This document shows positions 34,857 to 48,088 of a DNA stretch of 64,000 nt, one piece after another (the first letter of the stretch is position 1; every line of letters begins with the position of its first letter). The notes under the pieces were generated by a model. The model was not told the DNA's origin. It saw only the letters and a list, made by a program, of their open reading frames with translations, and did not search any database. The stretch is from Tricharina praecox (Eukaryota), in NCBI RefSeq assembly GCF_024521635.1, contig NW_026250405.1, positions 1,426,001 through 1,490,000 of the forward strand. The letters run 5' to 3'. Made by a program: the position numbers and the translations under genes.

Positions 34857-37800
34857 GGGCGGCGTGTGCGTGGGCGTAGGCGGGCGTGGCAGTGTTTCGG
34901 GGGGCTTCGGTTCGGCAACGATGCGACGGTTGTGGTGGGCTATGGCAACGAAGAGTGGCCGTGTCCGGGGTGGGTGTGTATTTCGGGAGTGTAGCTGTTC
35001 GCTTTTCGGTCGGGCAGTCGGTCGAGTATCGAAGAGGGCGATGCGTGGAAAGCGAAGGGACCGGGATTGACACTTCGGGGGTTTTATAGGTAAAGTAGAC
35101 GACGGATACTAGACAGCAATAATAATGTAAGTCATAAGTGCCTGGCGAACGCAGATCCCAGCAGGTGTGTGTGTGTGGATGGATGGATGGGATGCAGAAA
35201 CGAAGGATCGCGAGAATCAGCAGCAGCAAGCAGCAAGCAGCGGCGGCAGCAGCAGCAGCAGCAGGCGGGGCCGTTCCTCCAATTTAACCAGCGCACTTGA
35301 ATCCTGTCCGTCCAGGTGCTGGCAACATGACTCGCTCGCTCGCTTGCGCCACGGCAGGATGGATCGAGTACGGTATGTGTTGACGGACGGACGGACTTCT
35401 TTGACTGTGAGACCGGTGTGATCGTACTAACATGTATTGTATGTAACTATGGTCGAGGGGGACAGGACAGGATACACTGCAGCCAGCTGCTGTGCGACAC
35501 GGAGGCAGCGGAGAAGGCGGGGAAGGGCGGCCCAGACCGCCCGCGAGGGCCAATTGCAGCGGGAAGCGAAAACGCCCACTGCAAATGCAACTCAAGCTTC
35601 AAAATGGGTACGAGGAGGAGTTAGGCAGTTACGAGGCAGACGATGCGGCCGGGGAATCACGAGGAGCCCGGCAAATAGCCGCGGCGGTGGGGGAAGTTCG
35701 GAGATATCTGGAGGAGGAGGTTGGAGGTTGGATGTTGGGGGCTCGGCGGTATGTACGTCTGAGTTTAGAGTATGGTGTGGGGAGTTCTTCTTCTTTTCTT
35801 CTTCTTTTTCTTCTCCTTCTTCTCCTTCTCCTTCTTCTTCGTCTTCGGAGAGATACAGCAATGCGTAGGGGTGTGCCCATGGCAAGTAGGCAAGTTTGGT
35901 ATGTACCTACCTCCTTGGGTAGGTCTTCTAGATGCTTACAGGCACCGACGCTGACTATAAGCTTAAGAATCTAGAGTACCGGAGGTAGGCACTCTATTTC
36001 CACCTCATGGGCAGCCAGTCCGCCCGGCCTCTGCAGTCCCGTTCGACTTCAATCGAGCGCACCCGGGACTTTGTTTATCCGTATCTACTATCCTTCCCCC
36101 GCCATTTGTCAATAATTGTTACAGTACTCTATTCTATGGTACTCTACCCAGCAGCCTCCGAGATGCTGGCGAGCCGAACGACAGAAATAACGTGTTTGAG
36201 AGTTTGAGAGTTTGAGAGTTTCCCGGCCACGTTTTGATTGATTGATTGATTAACCCAGTTAACTGTTGAGTTAGCCGCGTGGCCAGCCTGCCATTCCAGA
36301 AGAACGCGTGCATACCCGTCGTGGATAAAGCGTCGGAGCCGCCACTCTTTCGAAACGGGCCTCCTTCACCACCTATTCCGCAAGACCCGCTGGGTATATA
36401 TATTAAGGAGAGCTGGATTCGTGGGCAACTACGGTACTATCAGTGGGTAGCGCCCATCCCTCCCCGATTCTGATCCCGAGCTGTCAACTGACCGGAGCCT
36501 GCAGACTCTCAATATACCTAGTATACCCAGTATACATATCCCTCGAGCTCACACTCCGGGGTTTGCTTCGGTTTTATCGGCCATCACCCATCTCGATTCT
36601 CGATTCTCGACACGAAAAAAGTGAAAACGTGAATCGTCATGCATAAGTACATGATCCGATCCGATCCCTGACCCATCGCTGTTTGCAAGCGAACATGACC
36701 CCGGGTGACCCACTATCACCGGGGCTGCGGGATCCTTCGTGACGCACTTCCCGCCGGGTGCCCACGCGTCGGACTGGGCCCTGAAAGGTTGAAACCTTAC
36801 TGCCACTCACGCGGAATCACTCGGATATCGGAGGTGAACTGTGTTGGAGATATACGATGGTAGATGGATAGATTGCTTAGAGCCTGTTCGGTACCGCACC
36901 GTATCCGGTAGCTACCACACAAATTTGAGCTTACGTCGGTTCAAAGATGTGCTGAGCGTTCAGCGCAACGTCTTTTAGAAAATACGACCGTTAAAACTCA
37001 GCCACATCGTATTTCTTGCGTATTTCTCTGAGCCTCCACCAAAAAATAGACGATGCTGGCATTCGTCACCAAATCCCCTGAACCCGTACAACAACATCCA
37101 TAATGTCCGCCGGTCCCAGTCTCTTCACCCCAGAAAATATCAATCACGGCTACCTCCAACCGACGCGGTATATGTTAGTGAAAGAGCAGCTTGCGATATT
37201 TCTCAAAATCGTCGGCGAGAACGCGTCCAACCGTATGGCGACACGATCAGCCGTACCTTTAACAATGTTCTCGACGCGATGATAGAACTTTACACTGTAA
37301 TTGAGTAGGCGAACACACCGTGGACTGGGCACTGCTGTGGGCTGTAGAATTTAGTTACTCTATATACAAGCTGCTCACTGCCTGCCATCTTCCCCCATTG
37401 TCTATCTCCCATTTCCGACCCCCTATCTCCTCCTATTGCTATCCCTCAATGTCCGTCACCTGTACGGTATCTCTGTCTCTGCCTCAACATTTTCACCCAC
37501 CAGGACACGATTCAGTAGAGAGGACAGACTTGGGAAGAGGAGAAGGGCCCGAGAAAGTAGTTGAGTAGAGGCGGTGGTGTAGTTCTGTCGTCGCGTCGCT
37601 GTGTCTGTTGCGCGCCCTCTTACTAACTGTTTCAAGTTTCACCTGGGCTGGAAGTAGTATAGTACAGTGTGGCGTAGAGAGGTTGTCGAATGTAAGATAC
37701 GGAGAAAGTGGTGTTGCCGAACAGATATTTGATATGGCTAGGCGCCAAGTCTCTGCGCACTAGTAGACTGTATTCCTGAGCTTACGTCGGTTCATAGATA

Positions 37801-38541
37801 CGGTCCGCACCGAATGGGCTCTTAGAGAAGAGAAAGGTACTGCATACAAGATGGGGATATGGAGAAGTCTGCGGTAGTGCCAAGGCTGATGGGAGCTAGT
37901 CTAGGATAGGTAGGCAGACGCGTGATAACGTATGAATGAACGACAAACTGCCTGTGTGTGTGTTTAAGGCAGGACTTTCGCCACGGAACAGACCAGGGCA
38001 GTCGGGTCACTTGACGTTGCTGGAAAAAGTGGAGCTGGACAGTGGACTGTAGACTGGCCATTGACACAGTGTGTGTGCATGTGTATTGCCATGATGTCTA
38101 CTAGTACTAGTAGATGCCAGATACTCTGTTGAAGTTGAACCGCCGGTTGACTGATTGACCGATGAATCCGAGTGATCATGTCTGTATTCCAACTTCCAAA
38201 CTCGAGTCGCATATCACACTGGTAGTTGATAGTGGCATATGGTGTATTATGTCGTGCAGGCGAACAGTACTCTATTTACAATCACTCCCTTCCATTACTG
38301 CCCTCATTTACTCAGCACACACCCTCCCCCCACCCCCTCACCCCCCCTCACCACCTCCATCCCCCATCCCCATCTCCCGCCCATCCCATCCGCGAAGCCA
38401 AATCAAGTCGAGTCAGGTTGAGCTGACCGGGGGGACAACAAGACGCCAATCGCCGTCCCATCCCATCCCATCCCATCCCAATGTCAAAAGTAGCACTGCA
38501 GCACTGCTATAAAAAACACAATGCAATACCTACCGTAGTCA

Positions 38542-40076
38542 TCAACTCTGGGCGGCAAACGCCGCTTTTGCCAGACACGATGCTTGCGACCTCGAGGGCT
38601 TGACGGTTCCTGTGCCGATTCCTGGGTCGAGGTTGAGGTGGCGGGCTACGACGCCGACGCGGAGAGGGTAGTTCGAGATTACGCCGCTGCGGTGGTTGTC
38701 AGCTTGTGCTGGGGGGTGGGGACGGGCTGGCTTACTCGACGCCGTCGCGGATGACTTTCTCGATCGTGCTCTCGTCGTCGACGGTCCAGGGCACGACCAT
38801 CATGCCCAGTGTATGGGCCTTCATTACGACCTCCCCCGTCGTAAACGGCACGTACTCGCGCTGCCTCACCGTCCCGCCGTATTCGCCCGAAGAATTGAGT
38901 GATCCATGGTGGGGGCAGACGACCTCAGCGCCCGTGGCATGCGCGGCCGTGACCCAATCGGTCCCCCATATCCCCTCGATCATGTCCACCAGCGTCTCGT
39001 CGATCAGCGCGCCGACCCGTGCCTCCGGGAACTTCGCCTTGATCCCCACGATCGACCGCCAGTCGAATGACGCCAGGATCGTGCGCGAGAAGAACCCGTG
39101 CGCCTTCAGCACCGGGACGAGGCGCTCGATGTACACTTCTACCGGAGGCGTAAAGGTTGGGAAGCGGATGTCGACTTTCGTCTAAAAGGGTCAGTGGAGG
39201 GGAAGAGAGGGGGAGGGGCGCGGCCGTGCCTCAAGGTTGATCATGATGTGCTCGTCTCCGTAGCAGTTGATGAACTCGAGGACTTCTTCTAGAGTCTGCA
39301 CCTGCGCGCCGGGGTAGACTGGCGAGGTTGGTCAGTCTCCACGTTTACTCAGGCAGTGTGCGTCTTACGCTTCGCCTGTGTATGGCCTTCCGACTGCTGG
39401 CTGCCGCAGTCAAGAGTCTTCAGCTCTGCCAACGTCAAATTGGCGATCAACTACACTCGCCGCCGCCGTCAATACTGCGTCGTGATACCACCGCCACCGG
39501 TAGATGTACCTTCCCAACGTAGTTTGCTCCCGGAACCGTGTCAAAGCACTTATCCGGCTCGATAGCAAAGTCGTGCCATACCACTGGCTACAGCTCGCAG
39601 ACACATCAGCACTGCGCGCGGGGCCACGGTACATCGTGATGGAACTTGAAGACGCACAACCAAATCCTTGGTGAAGAGCTAGATCACCAAGTCAGCCACC
39701 GCACGGAACGGGCCAGAGGCCTGCAGGATGCTATGTATGTATGTATGTATGTACTTACGGCATCCATCTCGACGACGTCGGCGCCAATATCCAGCGCATA
39801 TGCGAAAGCGTAGAGCGTGCCTGCGAACCACTAGTTAGCATCCAAGCCGCCGCCGATGAACCCCGGATGGATGGATGGATGGATGGATGGAGGTCACTCA
39901 CTCTCCGCATGCATTCCGGCTCCCCCGCGATGCGCCTGGACCTGCAACGGCATGTCGTCATGTTGCGACCCCCCAACCCACGTCCTATGTAGGTGTTCCG
40001 TCGGTATGGTCGGTGCGATGCAAGGTACGGCACATCCCAGGGCGGCGGCGGTTAGTAATAGACCGGCGTGGACCAT
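38542..40076 (-). CDS. Secreted glycerophosphodiester phosphodiesterase (GDPD/GlpQ-like), ~365 aa, 8 exons
   Basis: Exons 40076-39902, 39820-39759, 39678-39658, 39587-39510, 39450-39369, 39318-39230, 39181-38736 and 38686-38542 are all in phase. Signal peptide; motifs QAHRGG, EMD..FTKD..PVVWHD, LKTLDCG, NLETK, SFDW, PWTVD and GVDGVISNYP. Confidence 0.9.
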
Positions 40077-40208
40077 AGCTACGGGATAGGTAGGAGGAGC
40101 TGGCGACAACGACGACGACGGCGGCGACGACGAAGGTGAGGAGGAGGACGAGAGGGAAGTGAGGAGGTCTGCTCTAGGGAGGGGGTGACCAGCGACGATA
40201 AGAGGATT

Positions 40209-40267
<59 letters not shown>
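40209..40267. repeat. (CAG)n trinucleotide microsatellite, ~19 units, upstream of the GDPD gene
   Basis: Directly visible. Confidence 0.95.
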
Positions 40268-40268
<1 letters not shown>

Positions 40269-40671
40269 GCCGGAACTTCGGGGGTGGGACAAGTGATATG
40301 TACATTTTATTCGATCATATTTATTCACGGACGGGGGGCTATGGGTTCAAATATTTCTCAAGGAGGTAAGGGAGGGAGGACCCGAGATTTCCCTTTCCAG
40401 GCGGTTGCAATTGGGCGGCGCCTGTCAAGCCAGCGGGGTCCCAGATGTGATAGGTGGGTACTTGATAGATACCGATAAGGAGTGCAACATGTAGGTAGGC
40501 GGGTGAGCCGTGTATCTCTGCTCGAGCACCTTACCGGAGCGGAGCAACCATCCTAAACTGTGCTGATCTGGGAGGCGAGAAGGCACGGACGTCAAGATGA
40601 GGAGAAGGCGCCTGCGGGGCAGCACCGAGGATGTCTGCGAAGACACATGAAGAAGAGAGCGGTGGTGATGC

Positions 40672-40728
40672 TGGTTGTGGTTGTGGTTGTGGTGGTGGTG
40701 GTGGTGGTGGTGGTGGTGGTGGTGGTGG
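40672..40728. repeat. (GGT/GTT)n microsatellite
   Basis: Directly visible. Confidence 0.9.
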
Positions 40729-41657
40729 TAACTAGCGGTGGTGGTGGGTGGGATGGACAAGGAACCACCGTGGATGGCTGAGTGTTCCGTCGCTGCATGG
40801 CCGATAACGAGATGGAGGGCACGCGACACAGTTACCGAATCGGGATCGATCACAATGCCAATTCCCATAACAATCTCGATATTTTTCTGGGCGGTCCACA
40901 ACGGTGCGGGGCAAATATTCGTGGCAGCATTTGGTGACCGGATATGCAGCCTTTTGTCGGGCATAAAGCCTTTCTCAATTGGCAGTTTTTTTTCATCCCG
41001 AATCTCCAGTTCGAGCGAAGATTTGCATTCCTAAAAACTTCAAAAAAAAACTCTGGATAAGTACATTTTCATGTTTACGAGTAACCCACCAACCGAGAAT
41101 TGAAACTCAAAAGACGTAGGAGAATAGTCTATCGGCGATCAATCAATCTGTGAGACTGTGATTGATATGGAGGAGCAGCCAGCCGTTCCCCTCTTCCTCC
41201 GCCAGCAGTTCCTCGAGGATTGCTACGATCGTCCATAGCTGCCGACCATCGTCATTCTGACCGTATCTCTTGTGCTCCCACTGCGCCAATCCCGACCGTC
41301 TAGGCCCCAGCCTCCACCGTCCGCGTCCATAGTGCAGTTACTCTAACTACAACCGAAAAGCCATGTGGGTTGGGGGTTCGTGAGTTTATGTCCACCCGCT
41401 TGCTGTAGGACTGCCTGTGTAACTGTGAAGGGAAACATTATGTTACCCCCCACTACCACCACAACCACCACAACCACTCCACCACCTTCGTACACTCCTC
41501 ATTCGCCAACTGGCCTGCATCCTCCTCCAACTGTCTTCTCTTGCCACCTGCTTGCTTTGATAAATTCCCTCAATTGTCTCGGTTTCCAATCCAGTCTTGA
41601 TTTACTTACCAATTGTTTTGCTTGTTCGATTCCCTCGCTGTCATTCGTCGAGTTACA

Positions 41658-44260
41658 ATGGGCCTCCTATGCTGTGGTAACGACGATGACAAAACGAAAC
41701 CCCTGATGATCCCGACGCCTCCGCGGATAGCCCCAATGCTGGTTCGTCGGCGCTCCGTTCCCCGTCCGCGAGCTTCGAAACAAAACATCGAAAGGTTCTA
41801 TCGCGAGGGCCGCGAGCTCCTCCGTGCTGAGCAGGAAGAGCAGGAGATTTCGGGATTGCGGGCTACCTTGCGGCAGGAGTACGGAGAGGATGTGATGGCC
41901 TATGATGACGATGCGACGGAGATTCGGGGCCCCGTCGATTTTGGAGACATGAGGGGATATGAGCGGAATGGTGCGAGGACTGTCGCTGCTGATTCCATGT
42001 TCAGGACTATGCACAATCGGTACTTCCCCACACCCCCCCTCTACCTATGCTAGAAGCACAGTGAGCTTAGCTGACAACTTGTGCTTGCAGGAGATACTCC
42101 TTTGAGACGGCAACGGATAGGATGGGTGTGAAAGCCAAAAAATCAACGGCTGTTCCTACTCCGGACTCTGAAGTGACTGAGGTACACCTCAATTCGTACA
42201 GTCAGCACTCGCTGGAAAGAATGGAGGATAATCCTCCCTCCGAAACACCGTGGGCTGCAGACATTGCCGCATACGAAACCTATCTCAGACGGGACAACGC
42301 TGAACCAAACAAGGGTTCATATCATTCGCGAACAGTCACTGCTAGGGCTACTGCTGATAGGTCGTTAGATCGCAGAATGGATGCCGTACCGGCAGGGAGT
42401 CACCGGGAACGTGATCTGGATGCTGGAGGATTTATCACTGCGGCTACAGCCGTCGTGGTCGAGGGAGAGGAAGGGCATCGGACGTCGAGGGTTACCAGGT
42501 CAGCGAAAAAGCATCACAGGGTTGCTCTTTCAGGAGCTCGGATGAAGGAGCCACCGAAGTTGGATGGAGACGCAACACGAGGAGCAAAGACGCGGGGCGG
42601 TAGTGGTGCTAGCGGCAATCAGGTAATGGCTATTCCGCCTGAGGAGTTATTCTCACGGATCCCGAACCTGTTGAAGTCTTCCACCAGCACTTTCTTCGGG
42701 TCCAATTCCTCGGTGTTTGGGCCCCGGGTATTGAGCTCACCTGCTTCGGACGAAACGCAACTTCGCCATAGATTCAGCCAACGGTCTCTGCATCAGGGCC
42801 AGCCTTCGAGGAAGCAGTCGAAGAGTACCTTGTTTATGCAGCAGCGAATCGACAGTGGTTCTTCCGTTTATCCGTCTCCTGACGCTTCCGAGTGCCCATC
42901 CTTGGATGAGTCCGTCCCTGACGTTCCCGACACGACATATCGAGGACAACACGCCACCACCATGCCGTCGAGACATGCTCGCAGAGACACAGACACTTGC
43001 ATCCCACGCACTCGCTCGGTTGCCAGCTATAAAAGCGTTGAGGAACCGGCAAACATCTCGAAATTCAGCTTTCCCTGGAACGGACAAGCAAATCCTACTC
43101 TCACTCAGATACACGCTGAGATCGTCCATGAGGAGCTCCAGCCTCCGGTCAAACCAGGCCAGCAAATGGAATCCCCCCCTCCCGGAAAGAAGAAGAACCA
43201 GAAGGGGCCCGTCGTGCCGCAGAAACGCTCCAGCTCCGCCCGTGCTTTCACCGGAATTCTGAACTTTGTGAAATCCGGGATTACCAGTGGAGAATATAGC
43301 AGTGCCAGTGTGAGCTCTGAGATCCAAAGCCCCGGCAACCCCGATTCCGGACCGGTTTCTCTCACCACAGGTAGTACGAGTTCTACACCTCCAGCTAACT
43401 ATTCCAGTCGCAACTCGGGCACTCCACAAAGTGGAAGGACGGCCCAGCAACAGATTGACATCTACTCGAGGCACAATTCTTCGAGCATCTTCCGTGACGA
43501 CGACGATGATCGTCGCGACCTAAGACATCAGACGTCGTCATTGAGGCGTGAAGTCGCCATGGAGACTGCAGAAAGCCTTGGACGGTTCGACCACCTCGGC
43601 GACTCCGACCAGCGACAGCCACGTAGCCTAGCCCTACGGAAGTCGTTTACCATCAGCATCGCCAAGCTCCGGGAAAAAGTCAGCATCGGTGGATTCAAGA
43701 CCATTCCCAAGGCTGGACGGGACAGTGGCGAGTCGACGAATCGGCCGGCCATCAAGCCACGGCAGAGCATTGCAACAATGCATGACGTTGACACCCAGCC
43801 AGAAGCTTCCATGGAACACCAGCGGGCCGCTGGCAGGATCTCTCGGAAACAGAAAGTACGCGCGTTGCGCTCACCGGCTGCCTGGGAGGACAGCGAGGGT
43901 GCTTCTTGGGGCAGTGGCGCAGAGGTTGCCAAGCTCCGTCGCAGCAATACTACGCAGACCATGCCTTCGAGGAGATCTAGTGCCAGTGCCTCTGCCGCCG
44001 CCGCGGTCGGCGATAGGAAGAGACGGAACACTACATATAACGATTGCGTGATCGTTCCGTTTGCGGCTGATGGGGGTGATGACCACCACCACCACGAAGG
44101 CGAGTGTATCGCTTATGGAGACGGTAATGCTAATGTTAACGTTAATGTTGGGGCGGGGTTCCAGCAGGAGGAATATGATACTGAGCGCTCGTTTTGGAGG
44201 GAAACGAGGAGTATGGCTGAGTTGAGTACTAGACGCGCTAGCATTGGGACTGCCCATTAG
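41658..44260 (+). CDS. Hypothetical ~843-aa largely disordered Ser/Arg-rich protein with N-terminal MGLLCC motif, 2 exons
   Basis: Exon 41658-42019, intron GTACTT..CTGAC..CAG (42020-42090), then an exon continuing in frame into the 712-aa ORF. Confidence 0.75.
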
Positions 44261-46717
44261 GCGTAGGCGTTACTTACATGTGTTACAGGAGTTCATGGGG
44301 TGTTATTGTGCGTGCTTTGCTTTGACTCTGCTTTGAAGTTTGACTTTTGGTGATTGATTGGTTATTGACATTGACATTGGTAGAAGGGGGGACTGACGGG
44401 TGATAGCTACTCAACTGAGTCCTTATGTACTGGATTGACTTGACTTGTATTCTTGAACTTACCTATTCGTATTGTACTCTACTCTAGGTGCTCTGCTCTT
44501 ACTGTGCTTGACGATTATAAGATGAGATGGGATGGGATGGGATAAGTATTTGGTATGGACGATAAGATTGTGTGGGAGCTGATGGGATGAAAGAATAGAA
44601 TAGAATTGAGGAGTGTCTTTTATTTTTTGTTCGGTTTTTATTTCACGATCCTGTATGTACTAGGATTGATTTAGAACTGAGAAGAGAGAGAGAGAGAGGG
44701 AACATCGATTTATTGTCGCATACGGGCTGCGCTGGTTGGATGAGGACTGAGAAGTGATTGCTCGGTCCAACAGACTGGCAGAGTGATACCTCGTGGCACT
44801 GCACAAGGGCCAAGGCGTGGCTCGTACTCCACTATAGTTACTCTACACGCTGACGAGTCGCCATAAGCACTTGTGTGTAGATACCTCCTACTGTACCTGA
44901 CAAGTTGCCCCTTCTAGTCGGCGCAGTAGGTGTGTCGATGCCTCAACCTTGCATATCTAAACATAACCTAAATCAAGCAGAATCGAACTTCCAACCTCCA
45001 AGTGGTAAGCATCGCAATTGGAACTTCGGAGGATAATGCCATAACGGGGACTGGGACCAGCGGATTGAGTGGGGACCAGCGGATTGAATGGGGACCGGCG
45101 GCTTGGATGGAATGGGGACTGGCGGTGTGGCTGGAATGGGGCTGAGCGGTGTGGCTGGTTGCTTTAGTCACGCCCTACTGCCAGTGGATATGTAGATAAG
45201 ACTTAGCTGCCCTGAGGCAGACGAGGTAGAATCGGGAATTGAGACAGAGGGATTATACTCGCTAGTCCAACAAAGATAGGTACAGCGCTAAAACCCAAAT
45301 CCTTGTCAGCCACATCTTGTCACCGCGTGATATTTCATGTAGGCATCCGGCGCCGGGGACCCGCCAACGGGTGACCCACTCCCAGCACAAACATCTCTCG
45401 TTCTCCACCATCGCCTAGGTGTTGCCATTGCTGGCGCCATGATGTACTGTGTTCTCCCATCTACAGAATTCTCCTGTGGACGACAAAAAATAAGGGCACT
45501 ATTTACACGTACGCCCATCTGCACTGACACGTTGCGCCCAGCCGCAACCACGCCCAACCGCACCAGCCACACCAGCCATGTTTCAGCCACCAACTGTACC
45601 TATCTTCGTTAGAGAAGCGAGTACTTGGGGGCTTGGAAGCAGGCGGCTTCTGAACAACACGTCGCAACATCTACTTGGCCAGGCGCCACCTATCGCGGCA
45701 ATGGCGAGAGTAATGGAGGATGTTACTCGATGGTAGTGAATCGTGATTAGCAGGCAGAGTACGTATTCCCAAATAGCCACCTCGCTTGGCGGCCTGTCCA
45801 GTGTCCGTGAACTGTAGCGGCCGGTCCGCCAGCATGGCCATGCGCTGGGGCGGGGCGCCGGGGGCGGGGTTATGGCGCTTAATCGGGGATAAGACTTAGG
45901 CTTTAGAAGTTTAGCTGGAATTGATGCTGGGATATTTATGCAAGGCCCTACAAACTTAGGCACGTCCTTAGTTACTATCAATCAGGCATCAGTCCAAGGC
46001 AGCGAACTTTGTATGTATGAGTTATGTAGCCGACGGGTTTGATCTTCCCCAGGGAGGAGCCAGGGGAGGAGAAGAAGCCTTCTAAGACTGAGTGAGATTC
46101 TAAGCGATTGGGACTGTGGTTATACATGTAGAGAAGTGTGTAGGACTTCGGGGTGAATGCGAAGAAGTTGAAGCCGAACTCGAATGCATAGCTTTGGTTG
46201 CGGAGAGGGTGCTGGCTTGGGGTCCGGCGGCCCACGGCCCAATCATCACCAGCCGCCTCCCACGCAAGACACCTGGGCCAGTAGGGCAATGGGGAGAGCC
46301 GCATAGCTAGTCTCGCGGACGGAATATGGATGGTTGTGTAGTTGGTGTTCGCCGTGGTCTACAAAGGCTCATAGATGCGAAATAAAATTGATGACCCCCC
46401 CCCCCTACGCAAGACATGACGGGCGCGAAGGCGGGGGCGTGATCTCGAAGCAAGGAGAATCCCACTAGGTCGCACCAAAGGTGGCCGGACACGGCAGTGA
46501 GCGACAGTGCTCAGCCCCGCCATTAGTGGGCCTACAGTAGTCGAGTCTGAATCAGCTTTGCCCTTTGTCATACTTGGCTCAAAACTGATCGGGGCCCAGC
46601 TGCTTCTTTCTTTAAAGCACTCCACAGAGAGATCCAACTCCTTTTCTCCTCACACACACCCCTCATCACCATCATCATCCGCACTCTCTCCCTCGCAAAA
46701 AGAAGCGTCCGTCGAGA

Positions 46718-48088
46718 ATGTCGTACCAACAAGATCGAAACTTTGCCCCGCCCCCGCCACACGGCCAGCAGCCCTACTACGGCCAGCAAGGTGCCCCACC
46801 TCCCCAAGGCTACCCCGGGCAGCCTCCTCCTCAAGGCTACTACCCCCCACCGCAGAACTACGGTCCGCCTCCACAGAACTATGGTCCGCCTCCACAGAAC
46901 TACGGCCCACCTCCACAGCAAGGTTACGCTCCTCCCCCGCAAGGCTACCCCCCACAGGGCTACCCGCCGCCGCCTCCCCAGGGCTACCCACAATACGGCG
47001 CACCGCCACCCCACGGCCACGCACCTCCGCAAGTAGGCTACCACGCACCCTCGCCGGGCCACCCACAAGGCTACGGCCCCCCACCGCAAGGTTACCATCA
47101 GCCACCACCACCGCAGCAACAACCGCACGGCTATGCCCCGCCCCACGGCCCGCCACCCCACCAACCCCCCGTCCACATCGATGTCACCGCCGACGTCGCC
47201 GCGATTCAAAAAGCCTGCAAAGGCTTTGGCACCGACGACGCAGCGCTGATCCGGGTCCTCGCCTCGCGCGACGGCCCCACCATCGACGCCATCCGCCGCG
47301 GCTACCACCATAGCGGCGGGCTGATAAAAACGCTCGAGGCGGAAACCTCCGGCGACTTCCGCACGGCGCTGGTGGCGACCGCGCTCGGCCCCATTGAATC
47401 CAGCGTATTCATGGCGAACCGGGCGGTGGCCGGCATCGGCACGGACGAGGCGATGCTCACCGAAGCGCTCATGGGGCGCACCAACGCCGAGATGGCCTCG
47501 ATCAACCAGCTGTACCAGGTGCGCTACGGCCGCAGCCTCGAGACCGCCGTGCGCAGCGACCTCAGCATGAAGACCGAGGAGCTATTCGTCATGGCGCTCA
47601 AAGTGCAGAAGCCCGACGAGTGGGTGCAGCCCGACATGCGCGCGGTCGCCAACGACGTGGCCGTCATGTTCGGCGCCACCAAGGCGCGCGTCGGCACGGA
47701 TGAAACCTCGGTCTCCGGAATCATCATCCGCAGCAATGAGGCTCACCTCCGCGCTGTCTGTAAGGAGTACAACCGCATCCATGGCGACATCACGAAAATG
47801 ATCCGCTCCGAGTTCTCCGGCCACATGCGCGACGCCTTCCTCTACGTCATCGAGGGCGCCCTCGATAAGGCAAAGCGCGATGCAGACCTCCTCGAGGCCG
47901 CGATGAAGGGCTTCGGCACAAAGGATGATCATCTGATCATGCGCGTCGTTAGGATTCATTGGAATAAGAGGCATCTGGAGAACGTGAAGCTTACGTACAG
48001 GAACACGTACGGAAAGGATCTGGGCAAAAGGATTCGCGGGGAGACTAGTGGGCATTATAGGGATATGCTGTTGGCGTTGATTCAGTAA
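46718..48088 (+). CDS. Annexin with long Pro/Gly/Gln/Tyr-rich N-terminus (annexin A7/A11-like fungal annexin), 456 aa, intronless
   Basis: Four annexin repeats (KGFGTDD, AGIGTDE, RVGTDE, MKGFGTKDD; ETSGDF, EFSGH, ETSGHY) and N-terminal GYPP/NYGPPPQ repeats. Confidence 0.95.
   Translation: MSYQQDRNFAPPPPHGQQPYYGQQGAPPPQGYPGQPPPQGYYPPPQNYGPPPQNYGPPPQNYGPPPQQGYAPPPQGYPPQGYPPPPPQGYPQYGAPPPHGHAPPQVGYHAPSPGHPQGYGPPPQGYHQPPPPQQQPHGYAPPHGPPPHQPPVHIDVTADVAAIQKACKGFGTDDAALIRVLASRDGPTIDAIRRGYHHSGGLIKTLEAETSGDFRTALVATALGPIESSVFMANRAVAGIGTDEAMLTEALMGRTNAEMASINQLYQVRYGRSLETAVRSDLSMKTEELFVMALKVQKPDEWVQPDMRAVANDVAVMFGATKARVGTDETSVSGIIIRSNEAHLRAVCKEYNRIHGDITKMIRSEFSGHMRDAFLYVIEGALDKAKRDADLLEAAMKGFGTKDDHLIMRVVRIHWNKRHLENVKLTYRNTYGKDLGKRIRGETSGHYRDMLLALIQ

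Noticed and set aside
35360..35974. Possible small spliced gene divergent from the F-box gene
   Set aside because: Some splice-like signals, but no coherent frame or motif could be assembled
40830..41110. Second AT-rich island resembling a TIR-element fragment
   Set aside because: No matching terminal inverted repeats or TSD found
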